From Bacillota bacterium (GTDB taxonomy: Bacteria; Bacillota; Clostridia; Christensenellales; CAG-314): a stretch of DNA of 64,000 nucleotides. The notes beneath the pieces were generated by a model. That model had not been told where the DNA came from. It made no database searches and saw nothing but the letters and a program-made list of their open reading frames with translations. The stretch lies in contig JAEWZT010000002.1 of the NCBI GenBank assembly GCA_023458375.1, forward strand, positions 264,463-328,462. Direction: 5' to 3'. The translations under genes and the position numbers were made by a program. Below, piece after piece: positions 26,846 through 35,955 of the stretch (position 1 is the stretch's first letter; each line of letters opens with the position of its first letter).

Positions 26846-28282
26846 TTAGGATTTTCTTCTTTTTTGCGCTCGGGACGCCCTTTCTTTTTCAACCGTGGCA
26901 AGTAAAAAATCCGCGGTATCGTTAAGCGTTTCTTCAATGGGGCGCGGATTAAAACCTAATTGCTCCGTAGCCCTTTGGTGACAGTATGCGGGCGCAATTT
27001 TCATAATGTTTAAAGCCGAAAGCGTAAACAGCGGTTCGCCCTTTTTGAAAAGGTAGAAAAACGAGGCGGCGGCGGCAAAGGGGTAAAGGATTTCTATGGG
27101 GAAGGTTTTGAGGGTGGGCTTTCGCCCCAAGCGGCGCGCGAAAGCGTCAAAAACCTCCGTTATGGAAAGATAGCCGTTGCTTAAAATGTAACTGCCGCAT
27201 TTGCCCTTTTGACAGGCGGCAACAGTCGCTTCCGCAACGTCCCTTACGTCCACAAAGTCGTATCCCGCCTTAACGCTAAGCCGCGGCAAACCGCCTTTGG
27301 TGTAGATTTTTAAAATATGCGTGATAAACCCTCCCTTGTAGTCGTTAGGACCTATGACGGCGGAGGGCAAAATCACGGCGCTTTCAAGCCCCTCTTTTTG
27401 GGCGGCAAGCACTAAGTTTGCACAGTGCGCCTTGCTTTTTGCGTAGTCGGTTTTAAGCAATTGAGGATAGTATTCCGACGGCTCTTTATGCATTTCGCCT
27501 TTTTTGACCGATATTCCGTCAACGCTGCCCAGATATACCAGCTTTTTTACCTTGTGCTTTATACAAAGGTCTATTATGTTTTTAGTGCCGCAGATGTTTG
27601 CGTCAAGGCAGGCTTTGCTTTTCTTTTTTACGGAAATTACCGCCGCCGAGTGAATTACCACGGTATTGCCATCCGCCCCTTCAAAAAATCTTTCAAGGGA
27701 AGCAATGTCAAGCAAGTCGCCTAGACAGATAGCCGCCTGCTGCGGAAAGGGAAGCTCGGCGCGGAGTTTTCTGACCAGCGCCCTTACGTTTTTGCCTGCG
27801 GCGCAAAGCGTTTCGCAAATTTCCCTGCCGATAAATCCCTGCGCGCCCGTAACAAGATAAAGGGTATTGTGCTCTATTTGGGTTTGCGCTTTATTTACCT
27901 TTTCATCGGACCTTTCGCTCTCTGTGCCCTTTTGAGAAGCCTCTCCCTGTTTTGGCTTATAAGCGCTGTCTTCCGATGCCTTACCTAGCGCAAGAGCATC
28001 TTCCCCGTCCTTTTGCGTTTCTTCAATGTTGTAAGCATTAATATTCTTTTCGCCCTTGCCCCCTGTTTCGTTTTGTCGGGCAGGGACAAGTATGAAGCCG
28101 TTTATTTCACTGCGGGAGGCGTCATCGCTTTTGCCGCCGCTAAGTTCTTGTTTGCAACAAACGTTAAACTGTTGTATACCGCAAGCAATCTTACCCCGCT
28201 CCTCTTTATTGTCGCCCCCGCTATCTTTTTTTACCCCGCCTGATTTTTGGTTTTGCGCCAAATCCTCTTTATTTGCCGTCAT
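26846..28282 (-). CDS. NAD(P)-dependent epimerase/reductase (extended SDR) with ~140-aa low-complexity N-terminal extension
   Basis: 478 aa. The Rossmann motif LVTGAQGFIGREI begins only at about residue 150, and YAKSK is the catalytic YxxxK. There is no in-frame ATG between 28282 and the Rossmann fold. TATAAT and AGGGG RBS elements lie upstream of ATG 28282. Confidence 0.75.
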   Translation of the reverse strand: MTANKEDLAQNQKSGGVKKDSGGDNKEERGKIACGIQQFNVCCKQELSGGKSDDASRSEINGFILVPARQNETGGKGEKNINAYNIEETQKDGEDALALGKASEDSAYKPKQGEASQKGTESERSDEKVNKAQTQIEHNTLYLVTGAQGFIGREICETLCAAGKNVRALVRKLRAELPFPQQAAICLGDLLDIASLERFFEGADGNTVVIHSAAVISVKKKSKACLDANICGTKNIIDLCIKHKVKKLVYLGSVDGISVKKGEMHKEPSEYYPQLLKTDYAKSKAHCANLVLAAQKEGLESAVILPSAVIGPNDYKGGFITHILKIYTKGGLPRLSVKAGYDFVDVRDVAEATVAACQKGKCGSYILSNGYLSITEVFDAFARRLGRKPTLKTFPIEILYPFAAAASFFYLFKKGEPLFTLSALNIMKIAPAYCHQRATEQLGFNPRPIEETLNDTADFLLATVEKERASRAQKRRKS

Positions 28283-28530
28283 ATGTAATACCCCTTTGAC
28301 TTAATTATACAGTATTTGCCGCCAAAACGGAATAGTCAAAATCAAAAAACCGCCGCAAGGCTTTTGAGGCGGATAAAATGAAACCGCGCTCAAAAATTAT
28401 TAGTCTTTCAGGCTATTTTTTCTTTGATATCCGTTAAAAAGCTAAACAAAAGAATTGGCATTCAGAGTGCCCTTTATTGCAAAATATTTGCCGTTATGTT
28501 ATGCTAAAACCACTGTGGAGGAAAACTTTT

Positions 28531-29298
28531 ATGCAAATCGCAAGAATAAAAACGCAAAACTCGAAGGGAAAATACGCTTTATACGAAAAGGGGGAATACT
28601 ATTTTTTGCAAGGTAATCCCTACGCGAAATGGACTAAGGGGCAAAAGGTTAACGAGCCCTTTAAACTGCTTTGCCCCGTTACGCCCACAAAGATTGTGGC
28701 TTTGGGCGTAAACTACGCTTCCCACAGGGAAGAAATGAAACACGACGAGAATATGAAACCTGTCATTTTCTTCAAGCCCCTTTCTTCGCTGCTTGCTCCC
28801 TTTGAAAAAATAGTGTATCCGCCCTCAGCTTCAACAGTTCATTACGAGGCGGAACTGACGATAGTAATTAAAAAGCGCTGCAAAAACGTCAAAAGTAAAA
28901 ACGCCAAAAAATACATTTTGGGCTATACCTGTGCTAACGACGTAAGCGAAAGGAATTTTCAAAAAATTGACGGGCAGTGGGCGCGCGCCAAAGGTTTTGA
29001 CACCTTTTGCCCCGTGGGACCTTACATAAGCGTAGATATAGACGCCTCTCAGCTTGACCTTAAAACGGTGCTAAACGGCGAAACGGTTCAAAGCGGAAAC
29101 ACCCGCGATTTAATTTGCAAAATTGACGACATCGTGGCTTATATTTCTTCGGTAATGACGCTTGAAAAGGGGGACATAATTTTGACCGGCACCCCTAAGG
29201 GCGTAGGGGAAATAAAAGTCGGCGATAAGGTGGAAATAGTAATAGAAAAAATCGGCGCCTTGACAAACTCTGTGGCGGCGGGTAAAGATAAAGCTTAG
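28531..29298 (+). CDS. fumarylacetoacetate hydrolase-family protein
   Basis: Start set at ATG 28531 (MQIARIK) behind a GGAGGA RBS. Motifs YEAELTIVI, NDVSER, KGFDTFCPVGP and GTPKGVG. Confidence 0.85.
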   Translation: MQIARIKTQNSKGKYALYEKGEYYFLQGNPYAKWTKGQKVNEPFKLLCPVTPTKIVALGVNYASHREEMKHDENMKPVIFFKPLSSLLAPFEKIVYPPSASTVHYEAELTIVIKKRCKNVKSKNAKKYILGYTCANDVSERNFQKIDGQWARAKGFDTFCPVGPYISVDIDASQLDLKTVLNGETVQSGNTRDLICKIDDIVAYISSVMTLEKGDIILTGTPKGVGEIKVGDKVEIVIEKIGALTNSVAAGKDKA

Positions 29299-29466
29299 GG
29301 AAACTTAAAGGGCACGCCTTTACCTAAAAAGAAACTTTCCCGTCCTATAAATAATCTTGTGAAAGATAGTCAATTTTGCGTAAAAGCAAAAGGATAAAGC
29401 TTATTTTAAAAGCGCGGTTAAGTTTTGCGCTTAAAAATTATATGCGGCAGGTAGTTGCGTAATTAA

Positions 29467-30213
29467 ATGAAAGATATAACGCTAAAAGAAAAAGAAAGGC
29501 TTGAAGACTTGCAGCTTCACGGTCTTAAAATAATTCAAAGCGACGACGGATACCGCTTTACTTCCGACGCCGTGCTTTTGGCAAACTGCGTCAAAAACGT
29601 CAAGGGGCAAAGAATAGTTGAGCTTTGCGGCGGCTGCGGCGTTATTTCTATTTTAATAGCCTATAAACAAAAGCCCAAAAGCGTTGCCTGTGTTGAAATT
29701 CAGCCCCGCCTTGCCGATATGGCGGCAAGAAGCGTGGAGATATGCGGTCTTGGCGGCACCGTTGAAGTAGTTTGCGCCGACTTAAAGGGCGTTGAAAAAA
29801 TAATCGGAAAGGACTTTGACGCCGTTGCGGTAAATCCGCCTTACAAAAAACTTAACAGCGGCGCGGCAAAAACTAACGAGGAGCAGTTTATCGCGCGGCA
29901 GGAAGTTAAGACGACGCTAGCCGGCATAGTTTGCCAAAGCGCGCTGCTGCTAAAAAGCAAGGGGTGGCTTTATATGGTTCACCAAGTTGACAGGCTTGCC
30001 GAGGTTTTAAGCGTTTTGAGGGAAAAAGGCTTAGAGCCCAAGGAACTTACCTTTATAAAAGCGCGGGAAAAAGAAAAGCCCAACCTTTTTATAGTGCGCG
30101 CTTTAAAGGACGGAAAAACGGGGCTTATTATAAAAGAAGATATAGTTATGTTTGACAATTTGGGCAATTATACTAAAAGCGTCAAAGATTTATACGGCGT
30201 CAAAGAGGATTAA
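29467..30213 (+). CDS. SAM-dependent methyltransferase, tRNA (adenine-N6)-methyltransferase-like (YabB/YfiC type)
   Basis: 248 aa with SAM motif VELCGGCG and NPPY tetrad (AVNPPYKK). Sits upstream of rsmI, as in the Bacillus yabB-yabC arrangement. Confidence 0.7.
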   Translation: MKDITLKEKERLEDLQLHGLKIIQSDDGYRFTSDAVLLANCVKNVKGQRIVELCGGCGVISILIAYKQKPKSVACVEIQPRLADMAARSVEICGLGGTVEVVCADLKGVEKIIGKDFDAVAVNPPYKKLNSGAAKTNEEQFIARQEVKTTLAGIVCQSALLLKSKGWLYMVHQVDRLAEVLSVLREKGLEPKELTFIKAREKEKPNLFIVRALKDGKTGLIIKEDIVMFDNLGNYTKSVKDLYGVKED

Positions 30214-30288
30214 GGCGCAAAAAGTAAAGCGGCAAAAAATATTAAAAGCTAAACAATAAAACAAAAAAGGAAAAAATCAGACGGTATT

Positions 30289-31095
30289 ATGGCGGAAATT
30301 GAAGTTTATTTTGTGGCGACCCCCATAGGCAACAGGGGGGAGATGACGGCGCGGGCAATAGAAATATTGAAGTCCGTTGATATAGTTTTATGCGAAGATA
30401 CTTCCCATTCTTTGCCGCTGTTAAAATATTTCCAAATTGAAAAACCCCTGCTCGCCTACCATAAGTTTAACGAAAAGGCGGCGGGCGGCAAAATCGCCGC
30501 TTTGCTTGACGAAGGCAAAAAGCTTGCCGTAATTACCGACGCGGGTTCGCCTTGCTTATCCGACCCCGGGCAGGAGCTAGTAAAACTTTTAAAGCAAAGG
30601 GGAACGCCCTATACTTTTATTTCGGGTGCCTGCGCGGCGGTAAACGCATTTGCGCTTTCGGGCTTTTCCGCGCCCTTTACGTTTGTCGGGTTTTTGCCGC
30701 AAAAAAACTCCGAACGCAAAAAACTTTTTGAAAAACTAGGTAAAAAGCTTTGTTTGGTTTTTTACAGCTCGGTGCACGACGTTATGGAAGATTTGGCATT
30801 TTTATATAAAGAGCTCGGCGCGCGCAACTGTTTAATGGCGCGCGAACTTACAAAACTGCACGAAACTTTAATTTTCGGCAAACTCGGCGAAATAAAGCCC
30901 GATGCCCTTAAAGGGGAGTTTGTGCTGGTTATTGAAGGGGAAGAAGGGGAAAACGACTTTTTAAAAATGACGGCGCAAGAGCATTTAAAACAAAATGTTG
31001 AAGCGGGTCTAAGCCAAAAAGAAGCGGTAAAACTTACCGCAAAACAGCGCAACGTCAACAAAAACGAAATCTATAAACTTACTTTAAAAAAATAG
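30289..31095 (+). CDS. rsmI: 16S rRNA (cytidine1402-2'-O)-methyltransferase
   Basis: 268 aa with VATPIGN, CEDT and TDAG(S)PCLSDPG blocks of the tetrapyrrole-methylase-fold RsmI. Confidence 0.85.
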   Translation: MAEIEVYFVATPIGNRGEMTARAIEILKSVDIVLCEDTSHSLPLLKYFQIEKPLLAYHKFNEKAAGGKIAALLDEGKKLAVITDAGSPCLSDPGQELVKLLKQRGTPYTFISGACAAVNAFALSGFSAPFTFVGFLPQKNSERKKLFEKLGKKLCLVFYSSVHDVMEDLAFLYKELGARNCLMARELTKLHETLIFGKLGEIKPDALKGEFVLVIEGEEGENDFLKMTAQEHLKQNVEAGLSQKEAVKLTAKQRNVNKNEIYKLTLKK

Positions 31096-31111
31096 CGTTA
31101 TTTTTACTTAT

Positions 31112-31462
31112 TTAATTTTTCAAATTTTTAACGGCTTCTTTTTCGTCTTTGACAAAGTAAATATGACCGCCTTTATTGCTCTCATAAATGAAATCTTTTA
31201 AAGGCTTGCTTGAATATTGTGAAAAGTCGCCCATAATTGCAAGCCTGACACGGTAGTTGACAAACTTTTGTAAAATTGCCCCTAAAAGCCCCGACGAAAG
31301 CTTAAAACACTCCTCGGCGACATTTTCTTTATGCAAGGCTATTAAATTGCTTCCCGTTTGATAAGATGCGTCGGCAATTATGTCCAAAGCCGATTGCTCG
31401 TCTTTAAGAATTATTCCCTGGCTACTTATAAACGCAATGCCCTCTAAGAGTGAGATTTCCAT
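31112..31462 (-). CDS. DUF4180-domain protein
   Basis: Start set at ATG 31462 (MEISLLEG) behind a GAGGA RBS. The block FKLSSGLLGAILQKFVNYRVRLAIMGDFSQYSSKPLKDFIYESNKGGHIYF resembles DUF4180. Confidence 0.6.
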   Translation of the reverse strand: MEISLLEGIAFISSQGIILKDEQSALDIIADASYQTGSNLIALHKENVAEECFKLSSGLLGAILQKFVNYRVRLAIMGDFSQYSSKPLKDFIYESNKGGHIYFVKDEKEAVKNLKN

Positions 31463-31526
31463 TGTTTTCCTCATTGTTTTAACCATATTAACAAAAAACA
31501 AGTTAAAAGTCCAATAAATAAAAACA

Positions 31527-31840
31527 CCGCCCGCAACGAGGGAATACCTTGCCGCGGGCGGGTTTAATACCCCGTTAAACTTTGTTTAACGGGGACCCCA
31601 CATTTTAGCTCCGAAAAAACTTTTGGAGACCCCATATTATAGTCTGTTAAACTTTTTTTGGGAACCCCCGAAAAGTTTATGAATTTTTGGGAAGCCCATA
31701 TTTTAGTCTCTATAAATTTTGTTTAATAGAGACCCCGAAAAATCCCAAAAGCCTTTTAAAAAGTAAATGGACTTTTCCAAAGAAGCTTAATTTTTTGGGG
31801 CGGTTTAATTTCCCGCTGAAACCGCGTTTTAGCGGGGCTT
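31527..31840. repeat. array of degenerate ~30-40-bp direct repeats bracketed by two related GGTTTAAT-hairpin units
   Basis: Repeat copies read: ggACCCCACATTTTAGCTCC (31594); ttttggAGACCCCATATTATAGTCT (31621); tttttggGAACCCCCGAAAAG (31656); ttttggGAAGCCCATATTTTAGTCTC (31685); gACCCCGAAAAAT (31730). Bracketing units are GCGGGTTTAATACCCCGTTAAAC-tttg-TTTAACGGGG (31557-31594) and GGCGGTTTAATTTCCCGCT..AGCGGGG (31798-31838). Confidence 0.5.
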
Positions 31841-31921
31841 TTTATCTTGCTCAAAGGCTTGGTCGAAAACTGTTTGCGCTTGCCATAAAAGGTTGTTACG
31901 TTAAATAGCGTTACAAGAAAA

Positions 31922-32524
31922 TTATTCCGCAAGCAGATTGCATAAAGCCTGAATTAAAAGCGGGGCCAGTTTTTCAATCGTTTCTTCGCTGAAAATGCCC
32001 CTCATCAGCGTTTTGAGGTTTTCCAGACGCTCTTCGTTTCCGCTTCCGCTTTGACAAATGTTTTTAGCGTTTGCCGCAAGAGTTTGCACCTGACCTATAA
32101 AATCCGTCAGTTTCATTTCCCCGCTTTTTAGTTTTGCCGCCGCGTCGGTGTATTCCATTAGTCCGTTGTAAAAGAGCGCGAAAAAACCGTCTTTTAGCAG
32201 CTGTTTAAGCGACTTGCCGTCAAGGGAAGAATAAAACTTATAAATGACGGTTGAAAGCGCGCCTATAATCAATCCTTCTTTTAAAATATCAAAGACAACG
32301 GCTGCCTCCTTTTTACCGCCTATCCATGCAAAAAGTGCGGAAAATACAAGCCCCGCGGCAAAGGGAAGCAGGGCGGAAGGGTCAAAACTGTTTTCCAAAT
32401 CAATTTTTATTTTGTTGAGCAAAAAACGTTTGACCAACGCCGTAACGACGCAGGCTAGCGCCGCCCCCGCCAAAATGTGGGCGTCGGCAGTTTCAAACAA
32501 GGCGAGAATGGTTTGAGTATCCAT
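31922..32524 (-). CDS. hypothetical membrane protein
   Basis: 200 aa with 3 hydrophobic segments followed by a helical C-terminal half. GGAG RBS upstream. No recognisable family. Confidence 0.5.
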   Translation of the reverse strand: MDTQTILALFETADAHILAGAALACVVTALVKRFLLNKIKIDLENSFDPSALLPFAAGLVFSALFAWIGGKKEAAVVFDILKEGLIIGALSTVIYKFYSSLDGKSLKQLLKDGFFALFYNGLMEYTDAAAKLKSGEMKLTDFIGQVQTLAANAKNICQSGSGNEERLENLKTLMRGIFSEETIEKLAPLLIQALCNLLAE

Positions 32525-32719
32525 ATTTTTCTCCTTTTAAGGAGGCTTAGCAACCCAATAAACCATCCTTATTTTTTACCGAAAGTATCAGGTTCCGGCA
32601 ACATAATTATAAAGCTTAAAGCGCTTTTCCCTTAGGATTGTTGCCGTATTTTTAACGCTTTTAAATGCACGTCAAAGCGTTTGACTTTTCTCAATTCCTT
32701 TGATAGTATTTGCTTAGAT

Positions 32720-33604
32720 ATGAAGCAGGAAATGAAACAAAAAATTTGGTATTTTATTTCGGGATACTTAAAGATGACGCTTGCGTCGCTTGCGGGCGCC
32801 TTTGCCATGCACATTTTTATAGTGCCCAATAAAGTAGTCCCCGGCGGGTTTACGGGCATAGCCGCAATTTTTCAATATGCCGTAGGCTTCCCCCTTCAAT
32901 ACGGAATTCTAGCGCTCAATATTCCATTTCTAATTCTAGCGGTAATATTTTTGAGCAAAGATTTTGCTATTAAAACGGTGTATGCGACGCTTACGACAAG
33001 CGGCTTCCTTTCGCTTTTTGAGATACTGCATATTCCCACCTTTACAACGGACATACTTTTGGCGGTGTTTTTTGGCGGCATTTTGGCGGGGCTTTCGCTG
33101 GTGTTCGCCTACAACGCAAAAGGCAGCAACGGCGGCACGGAGATTGTGGCTCGGCTCATTCAGCGCAAAAACCCCGAAGTTGACATAGGCAACGTGCTGT
33201 TTTTGTTTAACTTTGTAGTTATGGGCGCGGGGGGCTTTTTTACGGCGCAAAAAGGGTATAACTTATGGATAGTTGTATATTCCCTTATTTACAGCTATAT
33301 CGGCTCTTTTGTATTCAACAAATACAGCCGCTGGGCCGACCCCGTGGTAAAGTTTACAATCATTACTTCAAAAGCCGACGAAATGGCGGAGATTATAACC
33401 AAAACCTTAAAAAGGGGCGCCACCAACATTGAACTGGTAAAGGGCGAAGAAAAAGAAGAAAGAACGCTGCTTTCGGTAGTGGTGCAGGTAAGGCAGATTT
33501 ATACCGTAAAAAAGATTATAAACCAAATTGAACCGGAGTGTTTTTATTATATTACGGCGGTGGAAAACGTGGTATTCAGACCCGATTTCGCCAAGAGGTA
33601 TTAA
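32720..33604 (+). CDS. YitT-family membrane protein (DUF2179 C-terminal domain)
   Basis: Start set at ATG 32720 (MKQEMKQKIWYFISGY). Blocks FIVPNKVVPGGFTGIA and GSNGGTEI, plus a C-terminal soluble domain. Confidence 0.75.
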   Translation: MKQEMKQKIWYFISGYLKMTLASLAGAFAMHIFIVPNKVVPGGFTGIAAIFQYAVGFPLQYGILALNIPFLILAVIFLSKDFAIKTVYATLTTSGFLSLFEILHIPTFTTDILLAVFFGGILAGLSLVFAYNAKGSNGGTEIVARLIQRKNPEVDIGNVLFLFNFVVMGAGGFFTAQKGYNLWIVVYSLIYSYIGSFVFNKYSRWADPVVKFTIITSKADEMAEIITKTLKRGATNIELVKGEEKEERTLLSVVVQVRQIYTVKKIINQIEPECFYYITAVENVVFRPDFAKRY

Positions 33605-34804
33605 ATGGAAGAGAAGAAGACTGGACAAAAACTAGAAAATGAGGAAATTAACGCCGCGCTGGGGGAGCAATCTGCCGTTAAAGACGAAGTTTTGCAAAGC
33701 GCGCCCTTAATTGTTAAAGAAGAAGAAAACGTTGACAAGGCATTAGAAGAATACCGCATAAGCCACGCGGAAGAGGAAAGGGATAACGGGCGGCAAGTGC
33801 CGGAACAGCCCTTAAAAGAGCAAAAGGAAGGAAAGGCAGCGCAAGATACTTCGCTTTTAAGTAACGGGCAAAAATCTTCCCAAGCGGCAGCCCCCGTAAA
33901 AAAACATAAGCATGTTTTTAAAACAAAGAGCTTTTTGCAGACGGCGCTTTCGGCGCTGGCGCGCGCGGTGGGCGTGCAGTTGTTTTTAATTCCCAACAGC
34001 ATTATTTTGGGGGGCGCAATAGGCATTTCAAGCATTTTGGAAATTACCGTGGGGCAGGAGTTTTTTTCCGCCTGCTACTGGCTTGTAATTATCAACGCGC
34101 CGCTGTTAATTTTGGCATACTTTAAAATCGGCAAAAACTGGGCGATGCGCACGGCGGTAAACGTGCTTTTAACGGCGCTGTTTATGTGGGTTATACGCTT
34201 TACCAATTTAGCGGAGATTTTGGACACCACAAACTCGCAATACAAAGTTTTATACGCAATTATAGGCGGCGTGCTTTCGGGTATTGCTTTGCCCACAATG
34301 TTTAACGTCCACGGTTCAACGGGGGGCAGCGACATTATAGCGCTAATGATACGCGACAAGGCAAAGGGAAGTTCGCGCGTAATGAGAATGATACTTTATA
34401 TGGACATAGCGGTATCCGCCGCCGGCGCTACGATTTTGTGGAACTTTGAAGTGTTTGTATTTTCCATCATCGCGCTTTTGGCTTCGGAAGTGGCGGGCGA
34501 ACTCATTTACCGCGGTTATTCTTCCGCGCTGGTGCTTGAAATCGTTACGGAAAAACCCGAAGAAGTCAGCCGCGCTTTAATGGAACAGCTCAAACACGGC
34601 GTGTCAAACATCAGAATTAAGGGCGCATACACCAACACGGAAAAAACCATGGTGCTTTGCGTAATATTTAAGCGTCAAGTTGTTACCGCAAGGCGTATTA
34701 TACGCACCATTGACCAAACGGCGTTCGCATATATCCTTAACGTCAAAGAGGTCGTAGGGCGTGGCTTTAAAAATACCGAAGAGGAATTTGAGAAATATAA
34801 CTAA
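33605..34804 (+). CDS. YitT-family membrane protein with ~110-aa acidic N-terminal extension
   Basis: 399 aa. The start overlaps the previous stop (TAAATG). Residues 1-110 are E/K/Q-rich and low complexity. The YitT core follows (LFLIPNSIILGGAIGIS, GSTGGSDI). Confidence 0.75.
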   Translation: MEEKKTGQKLENEEINAALGEQSAVKDEVLQSAPLIVKEEENVDKALEEYRISHAEEERDNGRQVPEQPLKEQKEGKAAQDTSLLSNGQKSSQAAAPVKKHKHVFKTKSFLQTALSALARAVGVQLFLIPNSIILGGAIGISSILEITVGQEFFSACYWLVIINAPLLILAYFKIGKNWAMRTAVNVLLTALFMWVIRFTNLAEILDTTNSQYKVLYAIIGGVLSGIALPTMFNVHGSTGGSDIIALMIRDKAKGSSRVMRMILYMDIAVSAAGATILWNFEVFVFSIIALLASEVAGELIYRGYSSALVLEIVTEKPEEVSRALMEQLKHGVSNIRIKGAYTNTEKTMVLCVIFKRQVVTARRIIRTIDQTAFAYILNVKEVVGRGFKNTEEEFEKYN

Positions 34805-34807
34805 AAA

Positions 34808-35149
34808 ATGCGTCATTTCATGCACCTAAACCCATCCCCTTTTGAAAAAATTAAAAACGGCAGCAAAACGATTGAGCTAAGGCTTTATGACGAGAAGCGG
34901 CGTAAAGTCAAGAGAGGGGACGAAATAGAGTTTGCAAAAATTGATTGGGAAGAAAAGCTGCTTGTAAAGGTTGTAAACATTTACATATTTGACAGCTTTG
35001 AAAATCTTTACGACGTATTGCCCCTTGACAAATGCGGCTATACCAAAGAAAAATTGCCCTTTGCAAAAGCCGGCGACATGGAAAGCCTTTACGGCAAACA
35101 AGCGCAGCAAAAATGGGGCGTTGCGGGGATAGAAATAGAAGTAATTTAA
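34808..35149 (+). CDS. ASCH-domain protein
   Basis: 113 aa. MHLNPSPFEKIKNGSKTIELRLYDEKRRKVKRGDEIEF is typical of the ASCH N-terminus. Starts 3 nt after the YitT stop. Confidence 0.65.
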   Translation: MRHFMHLNPSPFEKIKNGSKTIELRLYDEKRRKVKRGDEIEFAKIDWEEKLLVKVVNIYIFDSFENLYDVLPLDKCGYTKEKLPFAKAGDMESLYGKQAQQKWGVAGIEIEVI

Positions 35150-35213
35150 AGTTTTAAGCACCATAAGCAGATTAGTTGAAACGCTTAACGAAAGGATAAA
35201 ATAATTTTAAAAC

Positions 35214-35244
35214 AAAAGGGGCGGAAAATTTCCGCCCCTTTTAG
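35214..35244 (+). terminator. intrinsic terminator of the YitT-YitT-ASCH unit
   Basis: AAAAGGGGCGGA-aaatt-TCCGCCCCTTTT. Confidence 0.75.
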
Positions 35245-35690
35245 TATGTTATGTAAAACATTTTCCGTTAATTTTCTTTGTACATTTTTAATCTTATAGT
35301 TTTAATATCGTTGACAGCGCAAGATATTTTTAAAGGTTTTCATAAAATAAAAAAAAGTTGTCGTGTCCGCAGTTCAAATAATATGTAATTAAAGGCTGCG
35401 CCCCAATGGCAGAACAATACGCCGCTATCTGCAACGCGCAAACTTAAAACGTCAAATGCGGCAGAATGGCTATTTTAACATAAGCAAACTGCCACTTGCC
35501 GTCAGCGATAAACGCAGAGTTAGAAAGTTTTGGATTTGCAATGATTTTGACAATAAAACCAAATCTTTGTTTTTGAGTTGCGCAACAAAAAATAAGCAAA
35601 CTTCCTTCTTTCTTTTATCTTTTGCCAAAAACAATTTAAGGAACAATAAAGGAGGCAAAAGCGCCTCCTTTATTTTTTAACTTATTTTTG

Positions 35691-35882
35691 TTATTTAGCT
35701 ACCGCGTTTAATTTTTTAAGCATTTCTTCAAGGTTAATGCCGTGGACGGCGGCGGCTTCCTCAACCGTTTCGCCCCTTGCCGCAAGGCAGCCTACGCAGC
35801 CCATTCCGTAAGAGGAAAAAACGGCGGCGGTAGCGCGGTTTACTTGCAAAACCTCTATAATTTTCATATCTTTGGTTATCAT
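35691..35882 (-). CDS. DUF1858-domain small redox-type protein (CxxC)
   Basis: 63 aa. MITKDMKIIEVLQ..YGMGCVGCLAARGETVEEAAAVHGINLEEMLKKLN. Confidence 0.7.
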   Translation of the reverse strand: MITKDMKIIEVLQVNRATAAVFSSYGMGCVGCLAARGETVEEAAAVHGINLEEMLKKLNAVAK

Positions 35883-35955
35883 AACAATCTGCTCCTTTTT
35901 ATATATTTTGTTTTATTTTGCGTTGTCGCTTTTATTTTATTTTCTGTTTACTTTT

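Noticed and set aside
31527-31840. Repeat array considered as a CRISPR array.
   Set aside because: The repeats are degenerate and of unequal length, the spacing is irregular (29-40 bp), there are no uniform spacers, and no cas genes are in the window.
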